64,000 nt of DNA from Yuukianura sp. NJ FZ-2021 (taxonomy: Eukaryota): the NCBI GenBank assembly GCA_046563655.1, contig CM102289.1:7936001-8000000 (forward strand), written 5' to 3'. The translations under genes and the position numbers were made by a program. The notes under the pieces were generated by a model. It searched no databases. It was not told where the DNA came from and worked only from the letters and a program-made list of their open reading frames with translations. Position 1 is the first letter of the stretch. Every line of letters starts with the position of its first letter. Positions 26,001-39,324 of the stretch are shown piece after piece.

Positions 26001-27756
26001 CAAGGAAGCATGCTACATTTACTTTGTTCAAACCAAAACCAATACCGGAACAAGCCAAGGAATCTGCGGATTACAAAAAATTAATAATTTCAAATTTTTC
26101 CTGTACACCGCGCCATCACCGTTGTTGGGTCGATTGTGGCAGGAATTCTAGCAAATGGTTTCTGACGCCTGGCACACAGCAGCAGCATCCCAAGATGAAG
26201 AAAAAAAGTGGACCAAATCCCTGGCGTAACGGATTGGGTCTTAGCCTGCCAGGCTTTGCTTGAAGAAGCAAAGACATGGCTCCGTCGCTTTATTTTTTGG
26301 AAAAATGGTTCCAATCTTCTGGATTCGAATGGATCTGATTCCCTTTGAGGTGCAGAACGCACTAGGTTAGGTTAGAGATGAAGATCCAAAAAGGACAAAG
26401 CGATTGGAGATGAGGCTGGAAAGGTGATTCAGAAGAATCGACAAAATAAAAAGCATGTCGTATACTCAAACAGTTTCAAAAAGACTGTTCGAAATGTCCT
26501 CGTAACATACCTTTTGAAAAAAACTCCACTTCCAGAACCACATCTTCCAATTTCAGAATGGGTGTTCTGTTGAGATCAAAATTTTATAACAAAGATCTGG
26601 TCCATTTTTTTTTCTTTTTGAGGACGTGGGGATTCGATCTCAGGTACTCCGTACCTTTTCGAATTCGAATGAAACTGCGATGTATTTTTCCTGAATTGAA
26701 ATTGGTTCTGATCCAGTTGGGACGAGTTCTTTGAAAATCGGTGACAAGGCAATAGTTTGAATTTGAAGACCTATAGTCCTGTCACGCCAAAAAAAAACGC
26801 GGGCTTGAAATTTTGAAGAAATTGACACAACACTTTAAATTTTTGACGCCATTGTTTTCTCGGATGCTGTCAAAATGACTTTTGAACAATGTTGGTCCTT
26901 AGTGTATACCGCTAACATTACCGTAACTTTTGGTGCAATTTCTCACGCATGCGCAACAGAATTTTGCACTGAGCAGCGTATCTCCCCTCATACCAACCCT
27001 AATTGAAATTTTGAATTTTAGTATATTCAGTAAAACGAAATTGACTCCGAAAGCCTGAATTTTAATAAACGTCGGTTGTCAAGTAATGCAAACCAATTTA
27101 GTGACTTTTTTTCAAGACTTGTTAAAAAATTCAACAAAAAAGTCTGGAATTGAAAAGCTCAGTTTTCAAAAACCAGAAAAAGAGGACATTGAGCAGATGA
27201 GGTTTCGGCGCTAAAGTTTCAATTCCTCCTCAAAGCTTTCCTTTCTGGTTTGACTAACCAATAAACCTAAGCTTGAAAACGATCGTAAGGCTTAAGCTTG
27301 GACATAAGTTTCAACCATAAAACAAATGCAATGTAGAAAGCCACTTTTTTCTTGTTAGATTTTTTGTCCTGTTACGTTTAAGCACCAAAAAGGTGTCTAA
27401 AGAAAGTGGATTTTTGGATCTTCCTTCACTGTAGGATCCAAGGAGAAAAAAAACTAAAAGAAAGCAGTTTTTTGGATTTATTCTTGCGGAAATATTTCGT
27501 TGGTGAAATGGTCCACCAAAACGTACCCAAGTTATTACGAATGTTATGGGACATTGGGTCATATTTCACACTAGGAAGTCTCTCCTTTTAGTTCTACGCT
27601 TAGGTTAGAGTGAATCCAAAAGGAAATCGTTCACACCCTGTCCATTGTCCTCCAGAACATAAATTATGGTCCACACTAGACACTTTTACAAGTGATTAAC
27701 ATACTTTTAGAGAAGATCTTCTCAGTCGTGTACAACTGTGAAGATTTTGTGAGTCC

Positions 27757-27829
27757 AACCTAACGTAAACCTAATGTACTCTGGCCTAAACCTAACGTAA
27801 ACCTAATGTCGTGTCGTCTAAACCTAACC
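27757..27829. repeat. Short CCTAA-rich 32-bp tandem repeat (~2.3 copies)
   Basis: AACCTAACGTAAACCTAATGT at 27757 and 27789, plus a partial third copy. Confidence 0.6.
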
Positions 27830-30800
27830 GGAAGGCAAAAGGAAGCGCTGGCACGGAATTTTACATTAGGGAATTAAAGTCAATTGGAAAATTGTTAGGT
27901 TAGGGTGCGTACGCGCATGTTGGCAGATTAAAAGTGGGATGCGGCGTATAATTTTGTGTTTCTTTTTATACAAATGTAGAACAGGAGCCGGCGATTGTTG
28001 GATAGTTACGGTATTAAGTCCAATTTTTCATTGTGCTAAAAGCCACACCACCCTACAATCTTTTTCATTTTAGTTTAATCTCCGTTGCACACTTTTGAAT
28101 CTCTTTTGAAGTTTGCAACTTTTTAATGTAAAGAATCTTTGATTCCAAGCTCTTTTTGTGTTATATTAGGCTATGTTTGAATTATAGGTTAGGTTTTAAG
28201 CTATATTTGGACAATGTGGCACACCTAATTATGGCTTAGCACCTGAAATTGATCCAAAGTGTGATTGACCTAGTTTGACTCAAAGCGTAATGTTGAATAT
28301 GCACTGCATGGATCTCTATACTTAGTTTAATCTCTTGGCACATCTTCTCTTTTGAACATTGAAGTGTTTGTTAATTACAAGGTGTTAAGGGCAGAGAGAT
28401 GATGAGAAGTAAGTCTCAGAGGATTGAATGATTGCCTTAATAGAGCTTCTAATTTAGCAGCTTCCGATGGACCAGAGATAAATTTAAGCCACACGGTGGT
28501 GGTAAAGGGCTTTGCTCACCTTTGAAATTATAGTGGCACGGGGTAATTAACCACACTAGTTTCTAATCCTGAAAATTAAAGTTTCTCTTGTTACATCTTC
28601 CTCCTGGCTCAAATACACTCGAATGTAACGTGGATACCTTAATTTACTAAAGTTCTGGAGCCAAGTTTCTAATTTTGAAACTTGATGCTCAGCAAGCAGA
28701 TAGCAGTGGCCAAGAGACCTTTTGTGCACAGACGCTGTACTGTAGTACTTTCCCAGGGAAAATCCAATAAACAGAAACTCATCACATTAAACTTTGTTTA
28801 TTTCTCTTTCGAAGCGTCGGTGAAAGCGAGACTTCCAAAAAACTGCCTTCAAATGTACACAAACTTCAATTTTTAACATTTTCATATGTAGACGATAGTT
28901 TCAATTTTGTACTAAAAAACCTCTTAACCTGAAACATTAGTTTTTTTTTTGAATTTTCAATCCATATTATCTTATATAAATTTTTCGAAACTTTTCGAAA
29001 TTCATAGTAAAACGTAGAAACTGGCACAGTTACACTAGCATACCAGAAGGATTTGCTCAACTTTTCGGAAAGTAAGTTTAGATTTTTGGTTAGGTTAGAT
29101 TTTTTGCAAAACTAGCAATCCAAATTCAATTAAGTTTCAAACATGCAAGGTTAGCAAAGTTATCTTTGTTCACGTTCGAACTTGGTTTCACTTTACTTTT
29201 TGAACAAAAAAAAATCAACCTAGAAAGCAAATTTTGGTTTGACATGGCGATCCACCCCTTTTAAGTCCAAAACTAAAAAGTGAAAGCCAGTTTCTGGAAC
29301 TGGATTTTTTTAACTTGAAATTTTTCTTCCCCCAAACCTTGAAACCTAATGGACCGCGACATGAGCATTTCCCTGAGTAGAGTTTCGTTCCTGATGAAAA
29401 CACGGTTGAAATGGACACCAAAGCGACCACACCCAAAACCGGGTGAAAACGTGAAGACAGGAGAATATTTCAGGAAGGGAGTTTTGGACATGAATTGACA
29501 TGGAACCAACTTTACAAACCTCCTTTACGGAAATTGGATGAAGGAAAATAATGGTGATTTCGGTGGCAAAGTCTCAGTATCTGGACCTATCTTCCCAAAA
29601 CAGAACTCCAGAACAATACAATTACGTAATATGTGAATGGGTATACATTACATGTTATAAGGTAGGGACGAAAGGATTACGCCTGGCTTAACTTGATTAC
29701 TTTCATGCATGAGATCATTCCATCCAATGCACATCCAAAGTCCTTTCGCCATTCTCCACTTCCAACCTTCACATTACTTCTACTTTCACCTTTCAAACTT
29801 TCCCGCCTTGCTCATTTGAATGTTTCTTCTTTAGAAAGTGAAAGGCGACAGAGAAAGTAATTTTATGAAACACACTTTCTAAGAATAGAGAATCTGACGA
29901 AAAAGAAAATGGGATTTCTAAAAAACAGTGTCGCAGAGTATTAAAACTTGTGTTCTAAAAGTTCTTGTTCAAAAAATGTTAAACAAGTTCAAACAAGAAA
30001 CTTTGACAATTTGGAGTTTCTTGAACTCGTGCTAGTTGAATGAGTTTTTGACACTTTCTCCTACAGTTTTTGAAATTGTAGTCACAACTTACACAAATGC
30101 ATAAAAGAAAACTTTGAAATTAAAAAAAAATCTGTTCAATTGCCTTTTGTTCTTTTAAAATTATTTTGGACATGCAAATGGAACTGAATTAAAATGAAGA
30201 CAAGTCATGCAATATATTCATAAATTGTTTAGTCAATAAATTTTGAAACCGTCACAAATTCGAACAAATGCACTCGTAAAAAACGGTTTTTATAAAATAA
30301 ATAATTTAAAAAACATTGTTTGAAATTACTCTGTATCAAAATTCATGTTCAAAATTCCGCAGTTTTATGGATTTCATTACATACCTAGGTGAAAACTTTA
30401 CAAAATTTCTTCATTTCTAAATCCTGATTCAATTTGCTTGATTGAAATGAAAAAAAGTTGGACGAAATTTGAGTAATTCCAATCAACTTCTCCGCCACTT
30501 TCTTTTCAACATGCATCTTCTTGTTCGTGCATTTTGTGGTTTCTATTTTCACTATCGATCAAACTGAGTCTTCTGCGTCTATTGAAAATGCAGAGGAAAC
30601 AGGAGAAAGTGCCATGAATTTCTTTGTTAAGGTTTAGCCCTTAAGGACTTTAGACCACACTAAAAGAAGTTGAAGTTGATTCGATTTGAAGGTAATGCTG
30701 CTTTTATGCCTCCATTTCCATTTAGTATCCAAATTCTTCCACATCCCACGTCCTTCTACTGTGTATAATACCCGGTTGGCATTTTATCCTCTCCGCTCTA

Positions 30801-31991
30801 AAAAAAAAGTGAAGACGCGCAGTGCTCTCCCGCTTTTTCTTTTTGCCGGGTGAAAGTGGAGAAAGTTTCTTCCCCGGCGGATACTTTGTCTATTGACTCT
30901 TTCCGGGAAAGTAAACAGAGAAGTAAATCGTGGTGCAGGAAATGGCTTTTATTGATTCACTGATTAGGTGCACTGTGCCCCCTTTGGCTCAGGTTAATAA
31001 CACTTTCGGGTCAGCCCCTTAAGTGCCATAAGTAATAACCCACAAAGTGTCTCATCAACTGCTAAAACACTTTAGTGTAAAAGCCTAAAGTAAGTTAGAG
31101 TAAAGTTAACTTAGGATAATAGATTAGGTTAGTTAGGCTAACAGGCTGAGTCAGGTGGTACATGTTAGGCTATTAGACAGAAGTTCCTAAACTGTATATT
31201 TTCAAGATGAAACAATGTAATTGACGCCTTCCAGAATTTTGTTTATGCAACCACGCCTATTCGATTTGCGAGAGTGGAAACCAGTTCTGGAAACGATAGG
31301 AATACATTTACATTGTTTTTTAAAACTAAACAAAATGTTGAATTTGTTTTAATATTATTTAAAATGAAATTTCAAAGGGTGGTGATGTTAAATTTTTGAA
31401 TTTAAGAATTCAAAATAGAATGCTTTTCCGGTTCCAAGTTTTCGAAAAAGCGGAAATTCTATTGTTCTCCTTTCGAAAGAAGTTGCAGAGATGAGAAATG
31501 GAAGGTCTCAAATTTCGTTGAATTATATTATTCCAAGGTTATCTACACAAAGGAAATTTTGAGAATTGTGAGACAACTATAGGCTTTATAACCCCAAAAA
31601 TTTTGAGAATGCATGATAGATACGCCTGGAGACAGAAAATGAAATATATAAGGTCACATTACGTTTTTCCCAAATTCAAAGGCCTCTCTTTCCTAATTCA
31701 ACTTTTGCCTTTGGGTTCAAAAACTTGAAAAGCTTGGTTTTTTGAAATACTTTTTGAGGGGAAAAGTTTGAAGCTACTTTTCCAGTGACTTGTTCTTTCC
31801 CCTTTGCTTCCTTTCCTATTAAAATCTCCCTTCGTTTCATCTTCAGGAAGGAAGATGCATTTCCAAGTGCAGTGATATGAAAATAAAGAAGGTTCTTTCA
31901 TAAATGTTAACTGGATCTAGTACAAACTTCTATTGCCCAGTTGCCAATGGAGTGCCTAAAGTTAGTCGAGTCGTAAACCACAAACGGAGTA

Positions 31992-32194
31992 CCGTAAAAC
32001 GTCCAAAAACTGACACCTAACACTATCTTTCTCAAAAAGAGAAAACAAGACGAGTACCGCGAACCTTCCAGAAAGCGGCCGGTTTTAATCACCTCTTTTT
32101 TGAATTAAGAAATTTCACTTTATGCATATAAGCCGAGTCTGAATATTTTTCAATGGGAGGAATTTCAGAAGGAAAGTTTTGGTGTGCTTTACGG
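31992..32194. mobile_element. Tc1/mariner(pogo)-type MITE
   Basis: TA|CCGTAAAACGTCCAAAAACT...AGTTTTGGTGTGCTTTACGG|TA; imperfect TIRs with TA flanks. Confidence 0.55.
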
Positions 32195-35100
32195 TAAAGT
32201 TATATTTGAAGTTTTACGGTAAGGTCATAAACCAGATTTAAAAAAATCAGAGCTACCTGTATCTGTCATTTCCTACCCGGGAGCACTTAAAACCTTTTTA
32301 CTTTCTCCGCAATCACAATGTTAAGCTCTCGTCGTAAAAATTTCGGTTCAGAAAAAAAGTTGTTAACCAAAGACTTTGACTTTTACGCACTTTATTATAC
32401 TTTTTTTTTAAAACTTACCAAACACATTGCGTTCAGCCGGCGGCCCAAGTTGACACGCGAGGTCACAAAGCCCTTCTTCCAGTTTTTACTGCCCCAAAAC
32501 TTCCTTTTGTACTTATTAATTCACTTCCAAGTTTTATGGCTTCCAGAGCGACACCGTGTCAACTCAATTTCACTTCCACTTTCTGGTTTTCTGTATTTTC
32601 AAATTGTGTGTTTTCAAAATGACACTTTCCAATTCCATTGTTTCCTACTTACAGTCTGCATGGACGTCCTGTTTTATTGTTTTAGGAGACTCGCTAGAAC
32701 ACTAATTAATTTTACAAATGTTTCCATACAACTTTCTACACTCCAAAATGCAACTGCTTTCGGTGACATGCTGGAACTACAAAATGAAAACCAGAACGTT
32801 CGAGTTACTTTTCACCCCGACTAAAAGTTGTGTGTCTTATAGGCTTCCAACTGCTTCAAAGTCTCAGCGACGACTGAAGGCTCAGAGGAAAAGGCTTGGT
32901 TCAGTTCACGTTTTGTGAAGCACTTGAGAAGGCAGAGATGAAGCAGCCGAAGTCCTCACAGACTCCGAATCTCACCAAGTTCGAAGGAAAACCTAGGGGA
33001 ATTCTTAGGTTATGTTGCAGAAGTCTACCGTTGAAGCCCTTGGAAGTTGCACAACATCTCTTGAGCAGCAAGCATTCTTGATTTGGATTCAGAAACAGGA
33101 ACCGGTGCAAGAGATCTAATTGTATTGGCCTCCCTTGCTTTTAGGGAAGGAAAGTTACAATTATTCCACTACCCTTCCAAGATCTCAAAAGAGAGCAGAA
33201 GAGGCAAGGAATAGGAAAAGAGGAACAATGGACTTCTAAATTGGTGTTTAAATTTTAAATTGTAGCGCCTGTTTCCAGTGCCACTCAACTTCAGCGGTGA
33301 CGTTTTGTGGTTTTTTTCTCTAGGTTCTTGTCTTTCCTAATTCTGAGAAATGCGGGCGCTGTAGCAAAGAGCAAGTTGTTCGTTTTTTTCTTAATTTTCG
33401 AATTTAGATTCCAAAAAGTTGGCGCCCAACAGAACTTTTTTTTGTTCCAAAATTTTAATGCTGTACACATCGATACTTACTGTACTGAACTACGGACAAC
33501 TTTTAACTTCTCGCACCGACAACCAAAATCAACGGTTATAAAAAACGCATTAAAAATATGCTACTTGTTCAAAAATTTTAGAAAAGTCCTAAATTAGCTA
33601 TGAAGCGTTTTTTTTTGTTGCCCATTTTCCAAAAAAAAAATAACGTTTTTATTCTGCTTTTTGTAGAATTTTGGCATGACCAAAAATATTGCTAGCTTCC
33701 TTTGGAGTAGAAATTGAATGTTTGACAAAATTGATTTAATAATATAAAAAGTTGCTTTTTTAATTGATGACAATTTTGTGCTTTTTTGCTTGAAGTTCAC
33801 AAACAATTTGGTTTAAAAATTTAAAATTTTTGTGCGAGTTGATCTCTGGAGACTTAGAAGATGATAGTCTCGTGATTGGTTGTAAAGACGTCTGTTTCTT
33901 CTACCGAAAAAGTGTTCCTTGGAGAACTTAAAGTTGAAAATCTAGTAGTGCTTTCTTCCATAAGGACAAGCGAAGAGCTTTCGGTTGTCCCAAGAGTCCT
34001 TGTAGGAATTTTCCAAGTTGTTGTGAAGCCTCTTTAAAGTGGAGGAGGCAGTAGGGATACTTGGTTTTTAGGAAAAATACTTTTGGTTCTAGCCTAAAAC
34101 TTCCCCAGTATTTGAAAATACTTTTAGAGACTGTGAAACTAGGGAGAGGGAAGGAGGTTCAAGTTGAAAAACGGTTAAAAATCTTTCTTCAGTGTTGCAC
34201 AGATTTCGGTTAAATCGGACTTTTCGAGTGGAGTGGAGTGTGGAGGAGTGAAAAACATTTCTTTTCTTCCGTTTCCATTTTATTTCCGTTTTCTTAGTTC
34301 CAGAAAAAACGAAAAGGTAAAGGTAGTGAAACGGGCCTGTCTTTGGAGATTTTTCATGCTGGACTCCATTTTGCGTGGTTTTTGTGTCAGACACATTCAT
34401 TTCCTTTTCCCACTTCCCGAACAAACCTTTCTTTTAAAACATCCAGTTCCGTTCTGAATTTTTTGAAAAACTACATGGATTTTTTTGTTATAAAATGAAA
34501 AGGAATTGTTGAAGGAGAGAGATGTTTCGCTTTTGAACAAAAACCTTTAAAGCGTCTCTGTACCTTTAAAAGGAAGCGCGTGTCAGAAAACGCCCAAACG
34601 TACAACTTTTCTAATGATTTGGGACAACACAAAACGATGTGATTTATAAAGCGGTTCAAATTTTGGAGCCATTTTTTCTCCTGTGCTAACGAGTCGCCAA
34701 ACGACTGATTTATGGGCAGGTCCAATTAAACCGAACACTTTGGTCGTTACACATTAAACAAGAAAAATTTGAAATTCAAACAGTCATTTTTGAATTCGAA
34801 CCAAAATCTTTGAAATTTCGAGTGTAAATTGGACTTTTTTTTTATTAAATCTTTGAAGTGAAAACCGCTGCCTTATGAATGCCATTCGTAGTGTCCCGAG
34901 CGGATCAAAATGATTCTTTATAACTCAATTTGTCCCGCCGTTTTTTCCAAAAATTTGAACAAGCCGGACTAAAGAATGGTCCAGTTGGATTGAATTTTCA
35001 GGAATGAAAAGGCGGGTTTTTTCGGGTCGAACTCCCCCGCTGAATTGAATTTGACCAAATCCCTTCTGGCCTTACAGAACTTTTGAAACCTTGGATTAGT

Positions 35101-35619
35101 TCTATTGTCAACGCCAACATATAGGTAGTACTTTTTCAATACGTTTTTTTGGCAAAGTTTTTGGTCTTGAACATTTTGAGAAAGGTGGTGCTGTCAAAAT
35201 TTCAATTTGGATTGTTCGTCTTGTATGCATTAAGGGGTTTCCTTTTGGTTCGTTTGGTGGAAGACTAATTTCCTGTGAATTTTTGAAACATCAAAAGAAA
35301 AGCAGCGGTGGAGGAGAAAGCTCAGAGGGAAGAAATGAGAAATTCTCGTTTGATTTTACTTTCACTTTCCCAAAATTGAACTTTAGATGCCGAAGTGACT
35401 GTGAACGCTACGGTGACAATTTTCACTGGCTTTCCACTCTCGTTTGATCATCTCCCCTGGATATTTTCTAGTTTAACGAAAATGTACAGTTTTACACTTG
35501 TTTTTTGGCTTTACGTTTTAGTACCTGTAAAATGTCTTAAAAACTGTTTGTGAATACTAATTTTGACTTTATTCACAAACATCATTTGAACCATTCCCTA
35601 CCACGCTAATAAGAAAAAT

Positions 35620-35745
35620 GTAAGTTTACTCAAGCTCCGGAACAACATGTCTTTCGGAGCAATTTACCTTTCGGACTAACTGGTTTCGTGACAATACCTT
35701 CGGAGAAATGCGTTTTGGAGCAATTCATTTGGAGCAATGACTTGC
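35620..35745. repeat. Degenerate 14-17 bp tandem array (TTYGGAGCAAT core), likely a MITE remnant
   Basis: About seven units such as ttcggagcaat, ttcggagaaat and tttggagcaat. The ends gtaagtttactc / gagcaatgacttgc are weakly inverted. Confidence 0.5.
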
Positions 35746-36089
35746 TACTATTAATTGAAATTAATTATGCCTTGTTCTGTTAAAATTAGTTAAAATTACG
35801 AATTACTGTATGTGGGTTTCTTAATTCATTCGAATTAGTGCTCCCCCTTTTCGGAATCTTGTGTCCTTTCCAAAATGAGCACAGCATGATACAATTTCGG
35901 TTTTTATTCTTGTCACACATCAGTCAGCATGACATTTTTCTTTAAGGGAGACGTTTGCCTTATTGCATAAAACCCATAGTAATTCCATATACAACAGGAT
36001 TTAGAAAAAATGGAGCCAATGTGAGAGACCCCCAGAGTAGGAATAAATTAAGGTAGTTTTTGTATTATGTATGAGAATTTATGCACCAT

Positions 36090-38280
36090 TTATTCGTCTG
36101 GGTCAAGGGAACAAGGCCGAGTAAACATGTTTTCGTTGACATGCGTCCACTTCGTAGCTATCCATTTGTAACCAAATTTTGGTGGACATGCGCCATGGAG
36201 CATCCTGTTGTCAATTTCGCCATTGCGCAAAGAGTCGTACCAAAGAATAGCTGATCCTTTCACTGGTTCTACAAAGGTATCCAAAATGGGAAACGCCGTG
36301 TAACCTCCAGAAGCAACATCGTTCAGCTATGAAAAAAAACGAATTTCAAAAATATTATTTTCCGAATTACAAATAAAAATTCATTTCACTCAAAATTTTG
36401 ATTCTTACGTAAATAAGAAATGTCGTAGCTCTATCTCCGCGTTCATCAGCGTCTTCGCCTAGGGAATCTACATGGTTTGCCACGTGACCACCGAAGATGT
36501 ACGAAGCAATTTGAAGTGCAGTTGATGCGTCTTCGCCTCTAACGTTAAGGCCTGTTACGAATTCGATTCTGCGTGATAGATCTGCTTCTGGAATTTCTGA
36601 GTCGTTGAGCCATGCGTACGCAGCAGTTCGTGGAGTTGCGTAGGCTGAAGGTGTTGGCGGGGCATTTGAAATTGGAGTAGCCTTTTCTATTAAGTAGTCG
36701 ATCCACTTTTGTCCAATAAAGTCATACATTTGGATCAGTGGTGGATCGACGTTTAAAACTTCAGTTTTTAGTGGATTGATGTACCAGTATGGATTCTTTT
36801 TCTGTTCGTAGTAGCAGTACAAATCGGAACTGAAAGATGGAGGCTTTTGACAAAAAAAAAAATAATATTAGGATGCCAAAATTCGAAATTTGTCATTAAT
36901 TTTTGCTTAACTTTTGACTCACCCTTAACTTTACGCCGTTACATAGTGAGACATATGCATAGTGTGACCTCTGCGCCTGCTCAGAGTCAGAGATTTCGTC
37001 CAGCTCTGATTCATCTATTGGTTTTTTCATCAGTGCTTTCAACCCAGCCTCCCTTTTCCTCGGAGGTAGCTGACTTCCATTGATTTTTGCCTCAAACGTG
37101 TACAAGTTTCCACTGTTGATAATTTGGTCAAATTCGGAATTGTGCTATTTAAACCATAAAATTTTGAAATTGGCTCGCATCATTTTAATGTATTGAAATA
37201 CAAAGCATACTTTTTCAACGGTATGACGATACGCCAAAGCTAAAGTGTTTGCGCCAACGTCGTTACGTCCTTCTTCCGTCGTATTTTTTATTTTCCACGT
37301 CGTGACACCTAGCCAGTCGAGTGCTAAAGTGTAAAATTCAGCGTACGATGCAAATTTTGCTATGTGGAACGACTGCTTAGCTGTCAGCCCAATGTCTGTC
37401 TCGATGCCGCCAATTTTTCCACTGGTTAACTACAAAACAAAGTGGAAGTAAAAACAGAATTGGAAATTTTTCAAAATTTAAGTGTTATTTGATATTGAAT
37501 TTTGAAACTCTAACCTCCTTGAGGTCAAGGTCGTAGACATACTGAAGCCTCAACAGAGCATCCATGGCAGACTCGTGGTCACCTTTAGTGGGCCATGGTT
37601 GACCTTCCATCATTTCTGTCACTGTTTTTCGTAATTCTGAAAAAAAAGATAGGAGAAGATTTTCAAGCACTTTTTTTTAAATATACTTTTACGGTAAACT
37701 TAAAATTTGTGTACTTTTGAAAGTTTTCAAATTTACCTTTCTCAACGTCCATGCCTAAATCCTTGCCCAGCGCATCAATTTCACTAGCGAATCTGCGAAT
37801 CAGTCTGTATGACATGAGCGGATGAGCGGCAATGACAGACGCTTTGGCAAGTGGACAGTCATCATTAGTGATGTGCTTCGTACCACGGATGCTACTGTCT
37901 TCATAGTCTTTAACATAACTAAAAATATTTATAACACAAAATATAATGAAAATTATCTTCATATTACAAATATTTCCGTGTTCAAAATTAAATTTCAAAA
38001 AAATTAAATGCAGGACTTACTTGGACACAATTTTGAGCCTTGATTTGAGCACATTTTCATAATTTTGTAAAATTTTGTACAGTTCTTCCTCAACTTTCGC
38101 CAAGTGTCGAATATACACATAGGACAGAGCGTAGGGTGGCGGTGGAATGGCATCTTTCGGCTTGCCTCTACCGGTCACTTCTTGTTCGTCACTTTGACCT
38201 TTGACCTCTGGCGTTGCAGCACCAATCCCATTCCAGGTTATGAGTAAAGAGAAAGCCACGAAATAATTTTTGCAAATCAT
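36090..38280 (-). CDS. P4HA: Prolyl 4-hydroxylase alpha subunit-like (2OG-Fe(II) dioxygenase), ~558 aa, secreted/ER
   Basis: Seven in-frame exons: 38280-38021, 37918-37737, 37636-37515, 37429-37211, 37144-36923, 36843-36409 and 36326-36090 (1677 nt). It has a signal peptide, the P4H N-terminal motifs HPLMSYRLIRRF and WPTxxDxxxAxxALLRLQxVYDL, the segment LCNG...LYCYY...PLKTEVLNVDP, Fe ligands HVD and LHGAC, the 2OG-binding KWIATKW, and C-terminal FTRPC. Confidence 0.93.
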
Positions 38281-39324
38281 GACTGTGAATGGAACACAAT
38301 GCACAATAGGAACCAAATGGGCTAACAGGTGACGGAGGAAGTAACTACTAAATAATTTAGAAACGAAAAATCAATGTAAAATGGATTGGAAATGAAAAGC
38401 AAAACACAATAGTCTAATATTACTGCTTACGAGTCTACCTTAACACTCTAATTTGTTATGTCCCTTATGTTATGCTGATACCAAAATCTTATGAACCAAA
38501 ACGTCAAGTTCATCTTCAGTGGACCTAAGAAGATCATGGAATTGTTCCATAAACTGCCTCTGGCAACATGCAACCAAAGCATTTTGAAACAACCTGAGGA
38601 AACCGGTTGGCTACGTCCACGGTGCATTATAAAAGCAAAAGAATAATGGCCGGATTCAAGGCTAAACTTTGTCTAACTCTACTGTAAAGCTTCTAATAAG
38701 GCTTTGAATTAGACGCCTGCATTAACAGGGATGAAAGCTAAAAGCTGCAGAGTTTATTTTGATGGAAGTCTATTTGAAAAGTCGAAAAAACTCAATTTTT
38801 TTTTATTGATTTATAAACAATTTCGAGGATTGCGTACAGTCAACCTAAGTTTCGAAATATTATACCTCTGCATTATTTAAGCCTCATAGTTCGATTGTAA
38901 TAAAAAGAATTTAAGTGATAAAACATGGCTACTCTTTTTGAATAAAAATAAAGTAAAATGATACAAACTAGTTTTTAATTATTATAACGCTAGAATTGAC
39001 ACATTTGACATGGAACACAACAGTATATTCTCAGCCGAAAATTTTCATTCTTCTGTATTACCGTCACTCATATTTTTTAAATCTTTTAATAATTGATCAA
39101 TTTAAATGTAATCTGTGTTCCGTTGATGTTGTTTTATCAAACTTTTTCAAAGCCGTTCAAGGCGCATGGCGGTTCGATGTTCATTAATTTGGCACAGAGG
39201 TTGCTCTCCGAGCTTCCACTGCTGCCACTTTTTGTTTTGTGTTTCCCGCATCTTTTTAAAATGCCAACAAAGATGGGATGGAGTAACTTTCCCTGCGATT
39301 AAGTTCGTAGTTCCGTTGTGGTTC

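Noticed and set aside
25800..26460. Coding-looking segment (ORFs 25910-26263 + and 26090-26362 -)
   Set aside because: All frames are interrupted and no family is recognisable; it may be a decayed gene or TE, but needs BLASTX to support.
27757..27906. Interstitial telomeric (TTAGG)n array
   Set aside because: Only scattered or degenerate CCTAA/TTAGG units, no true tandem run.
32318..34725. Cluster of 60-170 aa ORFs
   Set aside because: F/L/K-biased translations typical of AT-rich non-coding DNA; no consistent exon chain found.
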